The notes beneath the pieces were generated by a model. That model saw only the letters and a program-made list of their open reading frames with translations, was not told the origin of the DNA and did not search any database. Both the position numbers and the translations under genes were made by a program. From an uncultured Thermoplasmatales archaeon (lineage in GTDB: Archaea; Thermoplasmatota; E2; DHVEG-1), in NCBI GenBank assembly GCA_964578185.1, contig CAZOBL010000001.1:721-64720 (forward strand): DNA of 64,000 bases, in the 5' to 3' direction. This document shows positions 29,050-40,196 of this stretch, one piece after another; the first letter of the stretch is position 1, and each line of letters begins with the position of its first letter.

Positions 29050-30234
29050 TTAACTAATTTTTTGTCCGATATCTTGCAAGATATTCATATAATTGATAAA
29101 ACCATCATAGGGTGAATCGTAATGGCTGAAATATGCATGTACATCACCATCTTCCATCCCTTTTGTTGAGCAGTAATATAGATGATCTGATGTCTGTAGA
29201 AGTCTCCAAGTGTGAAGTAATTCTTGATGGTTTTTTTCTTTTAGTTTATTACCTATTTTTTTGAGTTCATTAAAACATGCCATTTGCATATCGTTTCCAA
29301 GCCATGTTGATACATCACGGTCTGCATCAGCCCAAGATATCGCCCAGGGGACATCTATTTCGCCAACTGTTTGATATCGCCGGGTAGCCTCGGAGACAGT
29401 TACAAAATCAAGATTGTCATGACTAAAAACTTCTCCAGGCAGATGTGCTAAAAAGTCAAATATACCAGTGTCTTCCCAATGATGCTCTCCAAAGGTTTCA
29501 TAGTCCATAAAAAGATTTACTATATCTCCTTGACATCTTGTCATCCATTGTGCATATTTATCTGCAGTGAGAGGATGTCCTGGCCACATACGCGCTGAGA
29601 AACGAAAACCTACATCGTCACTTAATGTATAGTTTCTTAAAAGTACTTTTAAATCAGCATTTGAAGGTTTATATAAATAATTTGGAGAGCGCCATTGAAG
29701 TATTTTTTCAGTGCCCTCTGTTATAATACCTCTGTACCCCATATCAGCAACTTTTTTTGCGATACGATTATCATATATAGCCTCAGTGTTTCGAAATACT
29801 TGTGGTTGATAGTTAAAAATTCTTTTAATCATTCTATTATGCATTTTAACTTGTTCTTCAAACTCCTCCAAATCATCGTATAGTGAAGATAGAGAATGAT
29901 AATAAGTCTCCTCGATTAAATCAACAGAACCTGTTTTAAAAAGTTCTTTGAAACTGTCCAATACCTCAGGCATATAATTCTGACAAAATTCAACAAAAGT
30001 ACCAGTGAGGCTAAAAGATACTTTGAATTTGCCATCATATTGATTTATTAAATCTAATAATAGTTTATTTGTTGGCAGATAACATTTTTTTGCTACTTTT
30101 TCAAAAATCTCATGGTTAAGTTTCTGGTTAAAATATGATTTTTCTGATTTGGTTTTTTCTCCGATATTAAAAACACTAAATCTATTGAGTCTTAGTGGCT
30201 GATGAACTTCAAAATATATGCAAACAGACGTCAT
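29050..30234 (-). CDS. Glycoside hydrolase family 57 protein (alpha-amylase/4-alpha-glucanotransferase-like)
   Basis: 394 aa. The N-terminus CIYFEVHQPLRL and the GH57 (beta/alpha)7 catalytic region (WLGNDMQ, HLYYCSTKG) are present. Confidence 0.75.
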   Translation of the reverse strand: MTSVCIYFEVHQPLRLNRFSVFNIGEKTKSEKSYFNQKLNHEIFEKVAKKCYLPTNKLLLDLINQYDGKFKVSFSLTGTFVEFCQNYMPEVLDSFKELFKTGSVDLIEETYYHSLSSLYDDLEEFEEQVKMHNRMIKRIFNYQPQVFRNTEAIYDNRIAKKVADMGYRGIITEGTEKILQWRSPNYLYKPSNADLKVLLRNYTLSDDVGFRFSARMWPGHPLTADKYAQWMTRCQGDIVNLFMDYETFGEHHWEDTGIFDFLAHLPGEVFSHDNLDFVTVSEATRRYQTVGEIDVPWAISWADADRDVSTWLGNDMQMACFNELKKIGNKLKEKNHQELLHTWRLLQTSDHLYYCSTKGMEDGDVHAYFSHYDSPYDGFINYMNILQDIGQKIS

Positions 30235-30236
30235 AG

Positions 30237-31367
30237 TTAAAAAACACCTTTATACACATCAATTGTTTTATCTGCAACCCTATCCCACGTGAAAAGATCG
30301 ATTTCTCGCTTACCCTCACAGGACATAGTTTTATGAAGAGGAGGATATCTTAAAAGAGAAATAATTTTATTGGCCATCTCTTCAGTATCCCAAAAATCAA
30401 CCCTCATGCAATTCTTAAATGCTTCTGAAAAACCAGCTGTTTTACTAGCTATAGTTGGAGTTCCAGCACTAATTGCTTCTAGAGCAGTTATCCCAAAAGG
30501 CTCACTTACAGATGGCATAACATATACACTTGAAATACCATAGATATGTTTTACTTCTTCATCTGTAAGCCGCCCTGTAAATATTACTCTATCCTGAATA
30601 TTCATATCTACAGATTGATGAATGAGTCTAGGGAGCATATCACCTGTACCTGCCACAACAAAACGAGCGTTCGGCTCATAATCAAGAACATGTTTTGCTG
30701 CTTTTAAAAAAAACTCTGCACCTTTCTGAATGGTAAGTCTACCCAAAAATAACACAATTTCCTTTTTTTGGCCTTCAGCTATAGGATATACTGCATTATG
30801 AATCACACTTATCTTATCAGCATTTATGCCATATTTTTCAACGATTACATTTTTTGTAAAATTGCTAACTGCGATTATATGATCTGCTTTTTGCATACCT
30901 TCACGTTCAATGTCAATAAACCATTGATTTGGATTTAACCATCCTGAACGGTCATACTCTGTGGAGTGTACAGTTAAAACCATTGGAGTGTTAAGTTCTT
31001 CTTTTATTTGAACAGCTGCTTTCATAGTAAGCCAATCGTGAGCATGAACTAAATCAAAGTTACCATGTTTTTTAGCGGTTTTTTTAACACTCTCTACAAC
31101 CAGTTTATTGTAATAGTACACTGCCTCAAAAAAATTACCTGAAATTTCTTTACAATCAGGTCGATCATATGGAAAAACTTCAGATTCTCCTACTTCAATT
31201 ATTTTAACATTTGATTTATCGCTGTTCGTTTTATGTTTGGTTTTAGGCATGAAAAAATAAATTTTTGTATTTTTATCAGCAAGACTACGAGTCAACCCGT
31301 AACAATGGGTTGCAAGTCCACCTGCTTTGAAAGGCGGGTACTCCCAGCCTATCATACCTACTTTCAT
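30237..31367 (-). CDS. Second glycogen-synthase-like GT-B glycosyltransferase
   Basis: 376 aa. The N-terminus KVGMIGWEYPPFKAGGLATH and the GT1 C-terminal EPFGITALEA motif are present. Paralogue of 27746..28987. Confidence 0.75.
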   Translation of the reverse strand: MKVGMIGWEYPPFKAGGLATHCYGLTRSLADKNTKIYFFMPKTKHKTNSDKSNVKIIEVGESEVFPYDRPDCKEISGNFFEAVYYYNKLVVESVKKTAKKHGNFDLVHAHDWLTMKAAVQIKEELNTPMVLTVHSTEYDRSGWLNPNQWFIDIEREGMQKADHIIAVSNFTKNVIVEKYGINADKISVIHNAVYPIAEGQKKEIVLFLGRLTIQKGAEFFLKAAKHVLDYEPNARFVVAGTGDMLPRLIHQSVDMNIQDRVIFTGRLTDEEVKHIYGISSVYVMPSVSEPFGITALEAISAGTPTIASKTAGFSEAFKNCMRVDFWDTEEMANKIISLLRYPPLHKTMSCEGKREIDLFTWDRVADKTIDVYKGVF

Positions 31368-31466
31368 TTATTACCTCAATATTTGTATTGTTAATGGTTC
31401 CAGCACTAGAGAGTTATTTGAATATTTTTCCATCTTTTCCATATTTCCTATAAAGATTTCAAATTA

Positions 31467-31859
31467 TTATTTCAGATAGTAACGCTGGTTTTTTAAATCT
31501 TTTTGTATTTTATCCTCACGCGCAAGCCAACCTAAGGCTTGATATAATTCTTGTTCATTAATATCAGCTAATCTTTTCATCATCGAAAGATCAGCTTCTC
31601 CCCAAATGTCTAGTATCTTCCAGATTTTACCAGCATTGGAACCTATTTCTTCTGTTAAATTCGTTCTATCGAGCTGGTATTTATCCTCATTTTTATTGAT
31701 TTTATTTTCACGTGCAAGCCAACCAACGCTAACATGGAAATCATGTTCATTAATTGACGCGTTTTCAATTATCTTTTGTTTATCTAGAGCGCCTTTTTTG
31801 TTCAAAAGTTTCCATATTTGACCTGCATTCTTACCATATTTTGTTGTTATTTCTCCCAC
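31467..31859 (-). CDS. Small protein made of two tandem winged-helix-like repeats
   Basis: 130 aa. The internal duplication is visible directly: NAGQIWKLLN...VGWLARENKI and NAGKIWKILD...LGWLAREDKI. The corresponding DNA repeat cacg(c/t)gcaagccaacc occurs at ~31506 and ~31701. Confidence 0.5.
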   Translation of the reverse strand: MGEITTKYGKNAGQIWKLLNKKGALDKQKIIENASINEHDFHVSVGWLARENKINKNEDKYQLDRTNLTEEIGSNAGKIWKILDIWGEADLSMMKRLADINEQELYQALGWLAREDKIQKDLKNQRYYLK

Positions 31860-31989
31860 AAATAACCTCCGTTTTATATAAACACTTTATTTCTAGTGAT
31901 ATAATTGATATTATTTAGTGAAATATAAGTATATCTAAAAATTCTGCATTTTTAATTGTGTTATAAAAGTTATGTTTTTAATAAAAATT

Positions 31990-34900
31990 TTATTGAATCA
32001 CATAGTATTGAAACTCGTACAAATCTGGGCTTACAGTACTCCATAGGCCTCGTTTTACTTCAAATCTTATTTCAGTTTTGTAAACATTATCAATACCCAT
32101 AGGATCATGAATATACCATTCACCTGTATCAAAAGCCGTTGTGGTTGCGCTGTGAGTTGTATCACCATATACAATATAGTTAATTCTTCTGCAATGTGAG
32201 TTATCATGCCAAGCAAGAAAACGTATCTTTGAAATATCAACAGGGTTGTTGAAGTGTAATTCAATATATGGTGTCCATACCCAATCCCATTTAGGGTAAT
32301 CAGAACCTATTGTACAACCTGCACGAGTGCTAGTATCTCCATCATATGCATTGGTTTCGCTGTTCCATGCGTCATCTGGATCTATGTGATAATCAGCTAA
32401 AGTCCATTGGCCTGTACCACTCCCTACAGTAATTGTGTGAGTAGTTATATCGCTAGTTTTGGATCTTAAATCTGCTACCTGACATCGAACGTTATAATCA
32501 CCTTCTGAGTAATATGTGTGTTCCACTATTTTCCAGCCAGCGTAAAAATGCCAATCTGTCCAACCATTGCCTTCTCCCCAATCCCATCTTATGTAGCTTA
32601 CTATTCCACCAGGATCTGGATCATAGCTATCTGTCGCATCAAATGTTACTGTTTCACCAGCTTCAGGTGTATTTGGAGTCCATGTAAATACAGCTACTGG
32701 CGCCTGGTTTCCTGGTAGACATGCAGGGTATACATTAAACCAGTCGTCTTGTGGTATGTTTTCTGAGAAATCTATGTTAAAATCTACTCCAAATGATACG
32801 TCTCCATCTATTTGCCAATCTCCTGGTGCCAGTCCACCTAATACAGGCTCCCAGTTAATGGTATAGTGATCAAAGTCTATCCAGCTATTTACTGATATAT
32901 CGGCACCATATAAATTATCAAATGAAAACAAAACCGAGAGTTCACCAGTTAGATATGATGAATCTATTGATACTGCTCCATCATACATTCTTGGAAAATC
33001 AACAATGTTGACTTTTAGATAACCAGGGTCTATATCTAAATCTACTACTAAACCAAATAATCCTTTTTGAGTTGAAATATAGGTATCTAAACCGTTTTCC
33101 GTGGAATAATTTGATGATTTATATGTTGTACCATCATAGGTGCTCTCAGTAGTGGTAAGTGTTAAATCTCCTTGTATGTAGAATCCTTGATAAAATGATT
33201 CATCCCCTACTTCTATTAACCCATCAGAGTTTGTTATACTAAAACCTGATTGGCTTTCCAAATATATCGTATCTGTGCTGCCGGTATCTTCCAGTGAAAA
33301 ATCTCCGTTTATACTCAGATATTTTGTATTTATTTTTGCAAATGTATCTACTAAATCTTTGTATACAAATGAGTCAAATGTTATGCTACCATCAAAGTCT
33401 ATTATATAAAAATCTTCATGTTCGTACATTACATTAAAAGTTGTTTGAGATACTTGCATATTTTTAACTTTTACTTTATCAATATATTTTCTTGTGATAC
33501 TTAGATCTGTTATATGAGTTAAAGTGTTAATCTGAGCATTTACAAGTACATCCCAGCTTGAAGGATCATCCCCCCATTGGGTGTAAAAAGAACCATCAAA
33601 GGATGTAGCTGTACTTCTAATTAGATATTGAGTTGAGGCATATATTGTAAGATTAATGTTGTGCGAGCCAGTACCACCTATATACACAGATTTAGGGTTT
33701 GTATCATATGTTATTTCACCGTCAAGTGATAAATCTGATTCAAAAGAAAATACATCTTCGACATTGATTTCTCCGTCAAATGAAAAATCAGTACATAGCC
33801 CCTGAAAATAATTTATATTTCCTTCATAATCATAGTTCCAATCAAGACTTAGTGCACCTTGTAAGGCAAAATATGCATTGGTATAAAATTCAAATTCATT
33901 GAAAAAGGAAAAATCTACATCTGCGTTAACTTGAAAATCAGTTTGACTTGGTATGGATATACCTACTAAATTGTTGTTGTAATCCCAGTTTATTTCATCA
34001 AAATAGAGCAATCCTTCAAATTCTGCTGTACCACCAAATTGCATGAGCTCATCATAATTTACATAAACTGTAATTGGATTTAAAGAGAAGGTAAATCCGT
34101 TTACACTAGTTAATTTAAGGCTTTCAGGGCGGTTTTGCGACATTTGACCAGTCCATTCAAACTCTATATCTCCTTCTAAGCTGACATATGAACCTGATCC
34201 TTCAAATGTAAAGATTAAATTTGACTCTGGGAGTTTTATTTTACCGTAATAAAAAGTTGCGATAAGGTTTGTGTTATAGGTCCCTATGAAAATATAGTTA
34301 GTTGAGGAATCTGTTTCAAATATAATTTCACCAGCAGTTAAGTCTATATCAATAAACTCTACTTCAATTAGATCATTTACATTAACTTTAATGGAACCTG
34401 TTAGATGTGTGCTACTATCCCCAATTATTTTAAATTTAATATAATCTTCAAGATCTGTTAGAACGTAAAATGTACCTGAAGTGGATAATACAAGATTACA
34501 GTCGAGTATAATTTTTGATATTTGAGCACCTGTGGTATTGATGTATACGTTATCTGCTTGGAAAGCATCAATTCTTGCTCCAATTTCAATAGTGCTGCCA
34601 AGTTTAGCATATCCAAGACCTGTAAAAATCATCTCACTTGCTGAGATTACAATATCGCCATTGTTTACATTTATATTAAAATCAGTTAAAGTTAATGTAC
34701 CATAAACTGCTATTTGTATCTCATAATAGCTAAAGTCAGTATTTGCGTATAGGCTTACACCACCACTAAGTACATCTTCAGTGTCAATAGTACCATTAAT
34801 GTGGAGGTTATAACCTGTAATTTTAAAGTGGCAGTTTTTAAAATATACAGACCAAAGTAGAGCATCAAGCTCTATTGTATTTGAAATTGTTAAAACTCCG

Positions 34901-37900
34901 CTTCCACGAATTACAAATCTTTCACCTTCAAATATTGTATATCCATCGTATACATCTATATCAAAATTTTTAAATTCAATTTGACCGACACCATCTAATT
35001 CAAATTCAATATTGTTCAAGCCTATATCTGATCTAAGATGTATTTCTCCATCAAATGAAAAATCAATATCTCCATCTATTACCATATCCTTTGATGGAAA
35101 TACAAAAACGCAGTTGGCTAGATATATTTCAGAGAAGTTTGCATCCATGACTATTTCATCTGTCATCTTTAAAAAAGCGGGTTCATTGAAAACCATACGT
35201 AGAATATCGCCATACATCTTGGCTTTACCGCGTGCAATTTCTATATCAAAATCTGTAAAGCTTATTTCCCCTGAGCCATCCATTTCTAATTCTAATATGT
35301 TAAAATCTCTATCTGCTTTTATATACATTCTACCAATAAATGAAAAGCTGATATCTCCATCGATATTCAAACTGTTTCTTGGTGTGTTAAACTTGCATTC
35401 CTCTGCATAAAGCTCAGTTATAGATGAATCAATTATTATTTCATCTGACATTTCAAAAAATGCTGGTCCTGAAAATATAAATTGCAAAATTTTTCCATTA
35501 ATATTTGTCCCAGAGTTTGTTAGATTTATCTCAAAATCAGATAGTGTGACTTCTCCCGCCCCGTTCATCTGAAATGTGATTATGTTTTGCTCCTGGTCAG
35601 TTTCAATGTATAAAGGGCCTGTAAATGAACAGGTTATATCAGCATTTAGCCGAATGTCGCTGTTTGTCTCTGGGATGTTTATGTGACCGCCATCTATGTT
35701 AAAAGAGTTAATATCTGCATCAATTACTATTATGTCCCCTATTTTAAATGATCCTTCACCATCAAGATAAAGCAATTCAGCGGAAAAAACTGTTCCTTCT
35801 GCAATATCACCATTTGTGTCTTTTACAATTATTTCAAAATCAGTCATTTCAATTGTTGAATCGCCATCTGTTAAATTTATTTCAATATAATCCTGCAGAT
35901 CTGTTAAAATATTTAAATTTCCATTTAATGTAAAATCAAGATTTCCATTAAGTAAAACCTGTGACTCATCTGACTCTTTTATAACATCAAAATACAAGTT
36001 TTCAGTATAAATTGAGTTTATTACTGCATCAATTTCAATATTAGTTACATCATAGTAATCAGGATCAAAAGATATTCCGCCGTTAATATATTCAGTATCA
36101 ATTGATAGTGTATCTGCTGAAACTGAGATTTCCTCTGATATATCCAATACCAGATTATTTATTGTTACATCGGCATCACTTTCAATTGTTATTTCCCCGG
36201 TATCTCTATCCCACCATATGTCAACTATACAATTATCACCAATAAAAGTTCCACCAATTGTTACCTCATAGCCATCTACTATAAATGTATCCTGTGGTAG
36301 GGTAAGTTGTTGGTCAACTGTTATTTGTATATGACCGGGTTGAACTATTATTTCACTTTGCCCCCCGCCAATCATTTTATGCCATAAATCTCGATATAAA
36401 AGCCAGAAGTTACCTTGACCTGCAAGTTTAAGATATCCCTCTATACTAACATTGTTTGGGTTGAAAGGACGTTCATATATAATTAAATCTCCTAGATGGA
36501 TAAAAAACGAGTCTGCTTGCACGTCTACATCATTGAAGCGGATACCTAAATCATTTTCAAATTCAGGTAAATGTAAATCAAGTTCATTGCTATAGTAATT
36601 TATCAATTCCTTTGTAACAATTGCAAATACATTTACTGGTACTGTTTCATTTGTGGTATTTAGATGAATATAATCTTTTGTTTCTGTAACTATATCTTCA
36701 TTATAGGGATCTACCTTTACTGATGCTAAAAGATCAAAGTTGAAAACATCAAATGGTTGATCAAATTCTAAATATACAAATATCGATTTTTCTGGTAGGA
36801 TAATATCTATATCTGTAAAATTTTCAAGAATTTTACTGAGAGGTTGAGTAAAATTAGGGTTTCCAATCTCTACAGCTAAATTGTCAACAGCAGATCCATC
36901 AGTTATGTTAACTGCGACTACTCTAAAAAGACGGCTGAAAAGGTTAAATGTACCCTCTACTAGTTCTGCATCATAAAGTTTTACATAAAAAGGATAATCC
37001 GGCAGTATATCTAGTGGAAACATGAAAGTAAAATTTTCAAAAGTAACACTTGTATCAGCTTGATTATCAAAGTTTAAACATAAAAACAAAGGCATACCAC
37101 TACCCATAATACCCAAGCATATTTGAACAGAGGATTCACCGGTAATGGAGAAGTTTTGTATATGAAATCTACCATAGATATAAAAATTTTCGATATCTAA
37201 ATTCTTTATTAAAAGACTACCCGAGGTTGCATCTATATCTATTGTTAAATTGTTCCAATAAATGGGAACAGTATAATCGTCCTCATTTGTAAATTTAGTA
37301 AAATCATGTGGATAAAAACAAACTTTTCCAATGGTTTCAAGTTCAAGTGTTATCTCCCCAAAAATTGTCCCATTTCCACTTTCGTTTATATTTTTTAAAT
37401 CATCTATATGAAGGTAGACATCTGTATCTGTTAAATTAAATCTAAAATTCGGCAGAGTAAGCTCTGCGTTTACACCAGCATGGCCGGTGATATATCCCGA
37501 TACATTTGTCATGTAAAAAAAGGTTGAATTCTCAACACGTCTTTTATAAATAAATATATCTAGGTCGTCAACCCCAATATCAATATCTCCTTCTGACTCG
37601 ATATTAAAAATTGTTACATCTTCATCTTGCCATTCAAGCTCCAAGCTTACAGTTGTCTGATCGCCTGTTATATAGAGGTTTTCAATATGTGTGTCTAATT
37701 GAAAATCAACTTCTTCATCATTAAAAGTGGTATTTTGAAGTTTAATAGATATATCTGTGTTAAAACCCATATATGATTGATCAATTTCAATATCCATTAG
37801 CAGATATCCGGATTCTTTTGATGCGTCTTCAAGTAAAAAACTTCCTTTAACATAGGATATGCTAATATCTGCTGTATCCTTAAAATAAAATTGGAAATCT

Positions 37901-39966
37901 TCAAGCTCTGCTATACCGCTGCCATCCATAGTATAAACTTTGCGATCATCGACGCTCACCCAGGATATGTTAAATACCTCGTTTTGTGTTTGAAATGTTA
38001 GTATACCCTCAGTCATACCTATTAAAACGCCGTTGTCATCCCAATAATATGAGCTGAAGCTAAAACTTGCACTGCTGCCCGGTTTGATAAGTACATAACC
38101 CCAGTCATCATAGATATGCCATTCAACTTGTACCTCTAGAGTGAAACTAAAAGATTGATTATAATATCCAGATATATCTAAGAGTTGCTCTTCATGAAAA
38201 ACTAAATCATTATACTGAAGTTTAAAACCATGGATTTTAACTCCATTGGTAACTTCAAAATATGAATTTCCATTTATTACATCCCCCGTGTTTTCAACAC
38301 TTAAAGCTGCAGTAATATTGCCCTGTTTTGTCTTCTGCAGATGATCTATTTGTAATGCAAATGTGCCATCTAAAAAAGGTGAATACACATTAAAATCTAA
38401 ATCATCAATGCTAAGCTCACTGCCCGATAGTGTTATACATGTCTGACCACTGCTTATATCTGCAAAATTAAAAATAACTGGTGAAGTAAAACTATTAGTT
38501 ATATTAAAACTACCCTGAACGTTGTTTACAAATTCCCCCAATGTTTCATCAACAATTGATGCGAAAAAATTTACAGATAAATCTTTATTGGATCTGCTTA
38601 AGATAAACTCACTTTTAGATAAATCAAGGCTGATATCACATTCAAACGGCGATTGAGAAGATATATCTGTATAAAACGACCCTATACCCGGTCGTATTAA
38701 ATCTGCATTAAAGGCAGTGTTTTCATCATCACAATAAATGGTTAAAAAGGTTTTACCCTCATCAAAATCACCTTGCCATTGCACCCCCGCAGAACCATCA
38801 ACATCAGAGAAATGAAAGTCATAAAGTGGATTTGCTAAATTATCTGTAACACCTACTTTTTTGATTTTATTACCATGTGTATTAATTTCTATATAACCAG
38901 TTGAGCCAGCGTCAATAGTAAGTGTTACTTTTTTTGGAAAATCTTCAATATATACATAGTTTCTCTTACTTGTTTCTCGATGTTCAACGATAACATCAAC
39001 TTTACTGTTTGTCTGCTGGGAACGTTCAATATAGACAATACCGCCAGGCTCTCGCATGAATAATATTTCAGTTTTGGCAGCAGGATTATTGTGTACTAGG
39101 ATTTTATCTTCTGAAACAAAAGAATTACTATTCATATCTTTGTAAGATAATATAGTAGTTAATTTTTCAGATCCAATGGTTTCATCATCTGGAATGATTT
39201 GTATTCTATGCTCCGGTTTTTTCAAAAACGTTAAAAAATGTGGGACTAACTTATAAACAACATCACAACTCCCTGGTATTTTCTCGTTTTGAGGTGATTG
39301 AAAACCAAAATATATTTTATCACCAGCGTTTTTAGGGCTTAACAAACCAGATCTTTGAAATTCGATAAAAGACTCGAAAAACGCGTTTTCATCCAGATTT
39401 TCAAAACCAACTAATCGATCTATTTCTAGTTTAAGATTAAAAGAAAAAGATAGGGGTCTTACAAATCCTAGAAAGAGTTGAAAATTAGCTTTTATATCAT
39501 CTTTTCCATCATTGTTAATATCTATGTATGCAGGTTTAAAAAGACCTATTGATGATGTTTTCTCAACTTCTTCGTATTTTATATATAAAAATGTGGAAAA
39601 TAGGGAATTTTTTAGATTTGTAAACGTTTTTAAAAAAACATTATCACTGCTTGATTTAATGTTTAATTTTGATTTTATATTTTCAACTAGATTTTCAAAA
39701 TTAGAGGAAAAACTTTTAATTTTTCCTGTAGGTTGATTATTATAGTTTTTTAAATCATGTTGATTATATTCTAAGTTTTTCTTTGTTTCATCATTTAAGC
39801 GTTTAATTCTGTTTTCATTGTTTTCATTTGGTATTTGCTCTTTAAGATTTAAAGCAGATATGGATTGTGTAAAAACTGTAGATAACAAAACTAGAGTTAT
39901 TATAATACAAAATATTTTCTTGTTAAAAATTGATTTAGCTGCTTTTATTAAAGCAGTGTTATACAC
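31990..39966 (-). CDS. Giant secreted surface protein D (2658 aa): shared N-terminal module, long beta-solenoid-like repeat region, C-terminal PKD domain plus discoidin-like jelly-roll domain
   Basis: Single uninterrupted ORF with an N-terminal hydrophobic signal/anchor (IFCIIITLVLLSTVF). The N-terminal ~560 aa are paralogous to the 41747 and 59977 gene products (IDINNDGKDDI..., EWHIYDDWGYVLIKPGSSASFSF). There are ~95-aa tandem repeats (~34950..36000 region). A PKD-like segment VAVFTWTPNTPEAGETVTFDATDSYDPD is present. The C-terminus reads AYDGDTST...LYEFQYYVIQ. Confidence 0.8.
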   Translation of the reverse strand: MYNTALIKAAKSIFNKKIFCIIITLVLLSTVFTQSISALNLKEQIPNENNENRIKRLNDETKKNLEYNQHDLKNYNNQPTGKIKSFSSNFENLVENIKSKLNIKSSSDNVFLKTFTNLKNSLFSTFLYIKYEEVEKTSSIGLFKPAYIDINNDGKDDIKANFQLFLGFVRPLSFSFNLKLEIDRLVGFENLDENAFFESFIEFQRSGLLSPKNAGDKIYFGFQSPQNEKIPGSCDVVYKLVPHFLTFLKKPEHRIQIIPDDETIGSEKLTTILSYKDMNSNSFVSEDKILVHNNPAAKTEILFMREPGGIVYIERSQQTNSKVDVIVEHRETSKRNYVYIEDFPKKVTLTIDAGSTGYIEINTHGNKIKKVGVTDNLANPLYDFHFSDVDGSAGVQWQGDFDEGKTFLTIYCDDENTAFNADLIRPGIGSFYTDISSQSPFECDISLDLSKSEFILSRSNKDLSVNFFASIVDETLGEFVNNVQGSFNITNSFTSPVIFNFADISSGQTCITLSGSELSIDDLDFNVYSPFLDGTFALQIDHLQKTKQGNITAALSVENTGDVINGNSYFEVTNGVKIHGFKLQYNDLVFHEEQLLDISGYYNQSFSFTLEVQVEWHIYDDWGYVLIKPGSSASFSFSSYYWDDNGVLIGMTEGILTFQTQNEVFNISWVSVDDRKVYTMDGSGIAELEDFQFYFKDTADISISYVKGSFLLEDASKESGYLLMDIEIDQSYMGFNTDISIKLQNTTFNDEEVDFQLDTHIENLYITGDQTTVSLELEWQDEDVTIFNIESEGDIDIGVDDLDIFIYKRRVENSTFFYMTNVSGYITGHAGVNAELTLPNFRFNLTDTDVYLHIDDLKNINESGNGTIFGEITLELETIGKVCFYPHDFTKFTNEDDYTVPIYWNNLTIDIDATSGSLLIKNLDIENFYIYGRFHIQNFSITGESSVQICLGIMGSGMPLFLCLNFDNQADTSVTFENFTFMFPLDILPDYPFYVKLYDAELVEGTFNLFSRLFRVVAVNITDGSAVDNLAVEIGNPNFTQPLSKILENFTDIDIILPEKSIFVYLEFDQPFDVFNFDLLASVKVDPYNEDIVTETKDYIHLNTTNETVPVNVFAIVTKELINYYSNELDLHLPEFENDLGIRFNDVDVQADSFFIHLGDLIIYERPFNPNNVSIEGYLKLAGQGNFWLLYRDLWHKMIGGGQSEIIVQPGHIQITVDQQLTLPQDTFIVDGYEVTIGGTFIGDNCIVDIWWDRDTGEITIESDADVTINNLVLDISEEISVSADTLSIDTEYINGGISFDPDYYDVTNIEIDAVINSIYTENLYFDVIKESDESQVLLNGNLDFTLNGNLNILTDLQDYIEINLTDGDSTIEMTDFEIIVKDTNGDIAEGTVFSAELLYLDGEGSFKIGDIIVIDADINSFNIDGGHINIPETNSDIRLNADITCSFTGPLYIETDQEQNIITFQMNGAGEVTLSDFEINLTNSGTNINGKILQFIFSGPAFFEMSDEIIIDSSITELYAEECKFNTPRNSLNIDGDISFSFIGRMYIKADRDFNILELEMDGSGEISFTDFDIEIARGKAKMYGDILRMVFNEPAFLKMTDEIVMDANFSEIYLANCVFVFPSKDMVIDGDIDFSFDGEIHLRSDIGLNNIEFELDGVGQIEFKNFDIDVYDGYTIFEGERFVIRGSGVLTISNTIELDALLWSVYFKNCHFKITGYNLHINGTIDTEDVLSGGVSLYANTDFSYYEIQIAVYGTLTLTDFNINVNNGDIVISASEMIFTGLGYAKLGSTIEIGARIDAFQADNVYINTTGAQISKIILDCNLVLSTSGTFYVLTDLEDYIKFKIIGDSSTHLTGSIKVNVNDLIEVEFIDIDLTAGEIIFETDSSTNYIFIGTYNTNLIATFYYGKIKLPESNLIFTFEGSGSYVSLEGDIEFEWTGQMSQNRPESLKLTSVNGFTFSLNPITVYVNYDELMQFGGTAEFEGLLYFDEINWDYNNNLVGISIPSQTDFQVNADVDFSFFNEFEFYTNAYFALQGALSLDWNYDYEGNINYFQGLCTDFSFDGEINVEDVFSFESDLSLDGEITYDTNPKSVYIGGTGSHNINLTIYASTQYLIRSTATSFDGSFYTQWGDDPSSWDVLVNAQINTLTHITDLSITRKYIDKVKVKNMQVSQTTFNVMYEHEDFYIIDFDGSITFDSFVYKDLVDTFAKINTKYLSINGDFSLEDTGSTDTIYLESQSGFSITNSDGLIEVGDESFYQGFYIQGDLTLTTTESTYDGTTYKSSNYSTENGLDTYISTQKGLFGLVVDLDIDPGYLKVNIVDFPRMYDGAVSIDSSYLTGELSVLFSFDNLYGADISVNSWIDFDHYTINWEPVLGGLAPGDWQIDGDVSFGVDFNIDFSENIPQDDWFNVYPACLPGNQAPVAVFTWTPNTPEAGETVTFDATDSYDPDPGGIVSYIRWDWGEGNGWTDWHFYAGWKIVEHTYYSEGDYNVRCQVADLRSKTSDITTHTITVGSGTGQWTLADYHIDPDDAWNSETNAYDGDTSTRAGCTIGSDYPKWDWVWTPYIELHFNNPVDISKIRFLAWHDNSHCRRINYIVYGDTTHSATTTAFDTGEWYIHDPMGIDNVYKTEIRFEVKRGLWSTVSPDLYEFQYYVIQ

Positions 39967-40196
39967 AATATTTTACCCCCATATAATTTTACAAATCCTC
40001 TCTACTACCCCATTATCAAGGATTTGTTTTATATAATAATAGTAATATAGTAATTAAGTGTTTTATTGTATATTAAATTATTGATTAACTGTGCATTTTT
40101 GACCTATAAGTACAACAAAGAAATAAAAACAGAATTTGGTTTTGAGATTATCAATTATTTTTTTAAAAAGCTATAAAAAAAGAAGTGGTTTATTTT

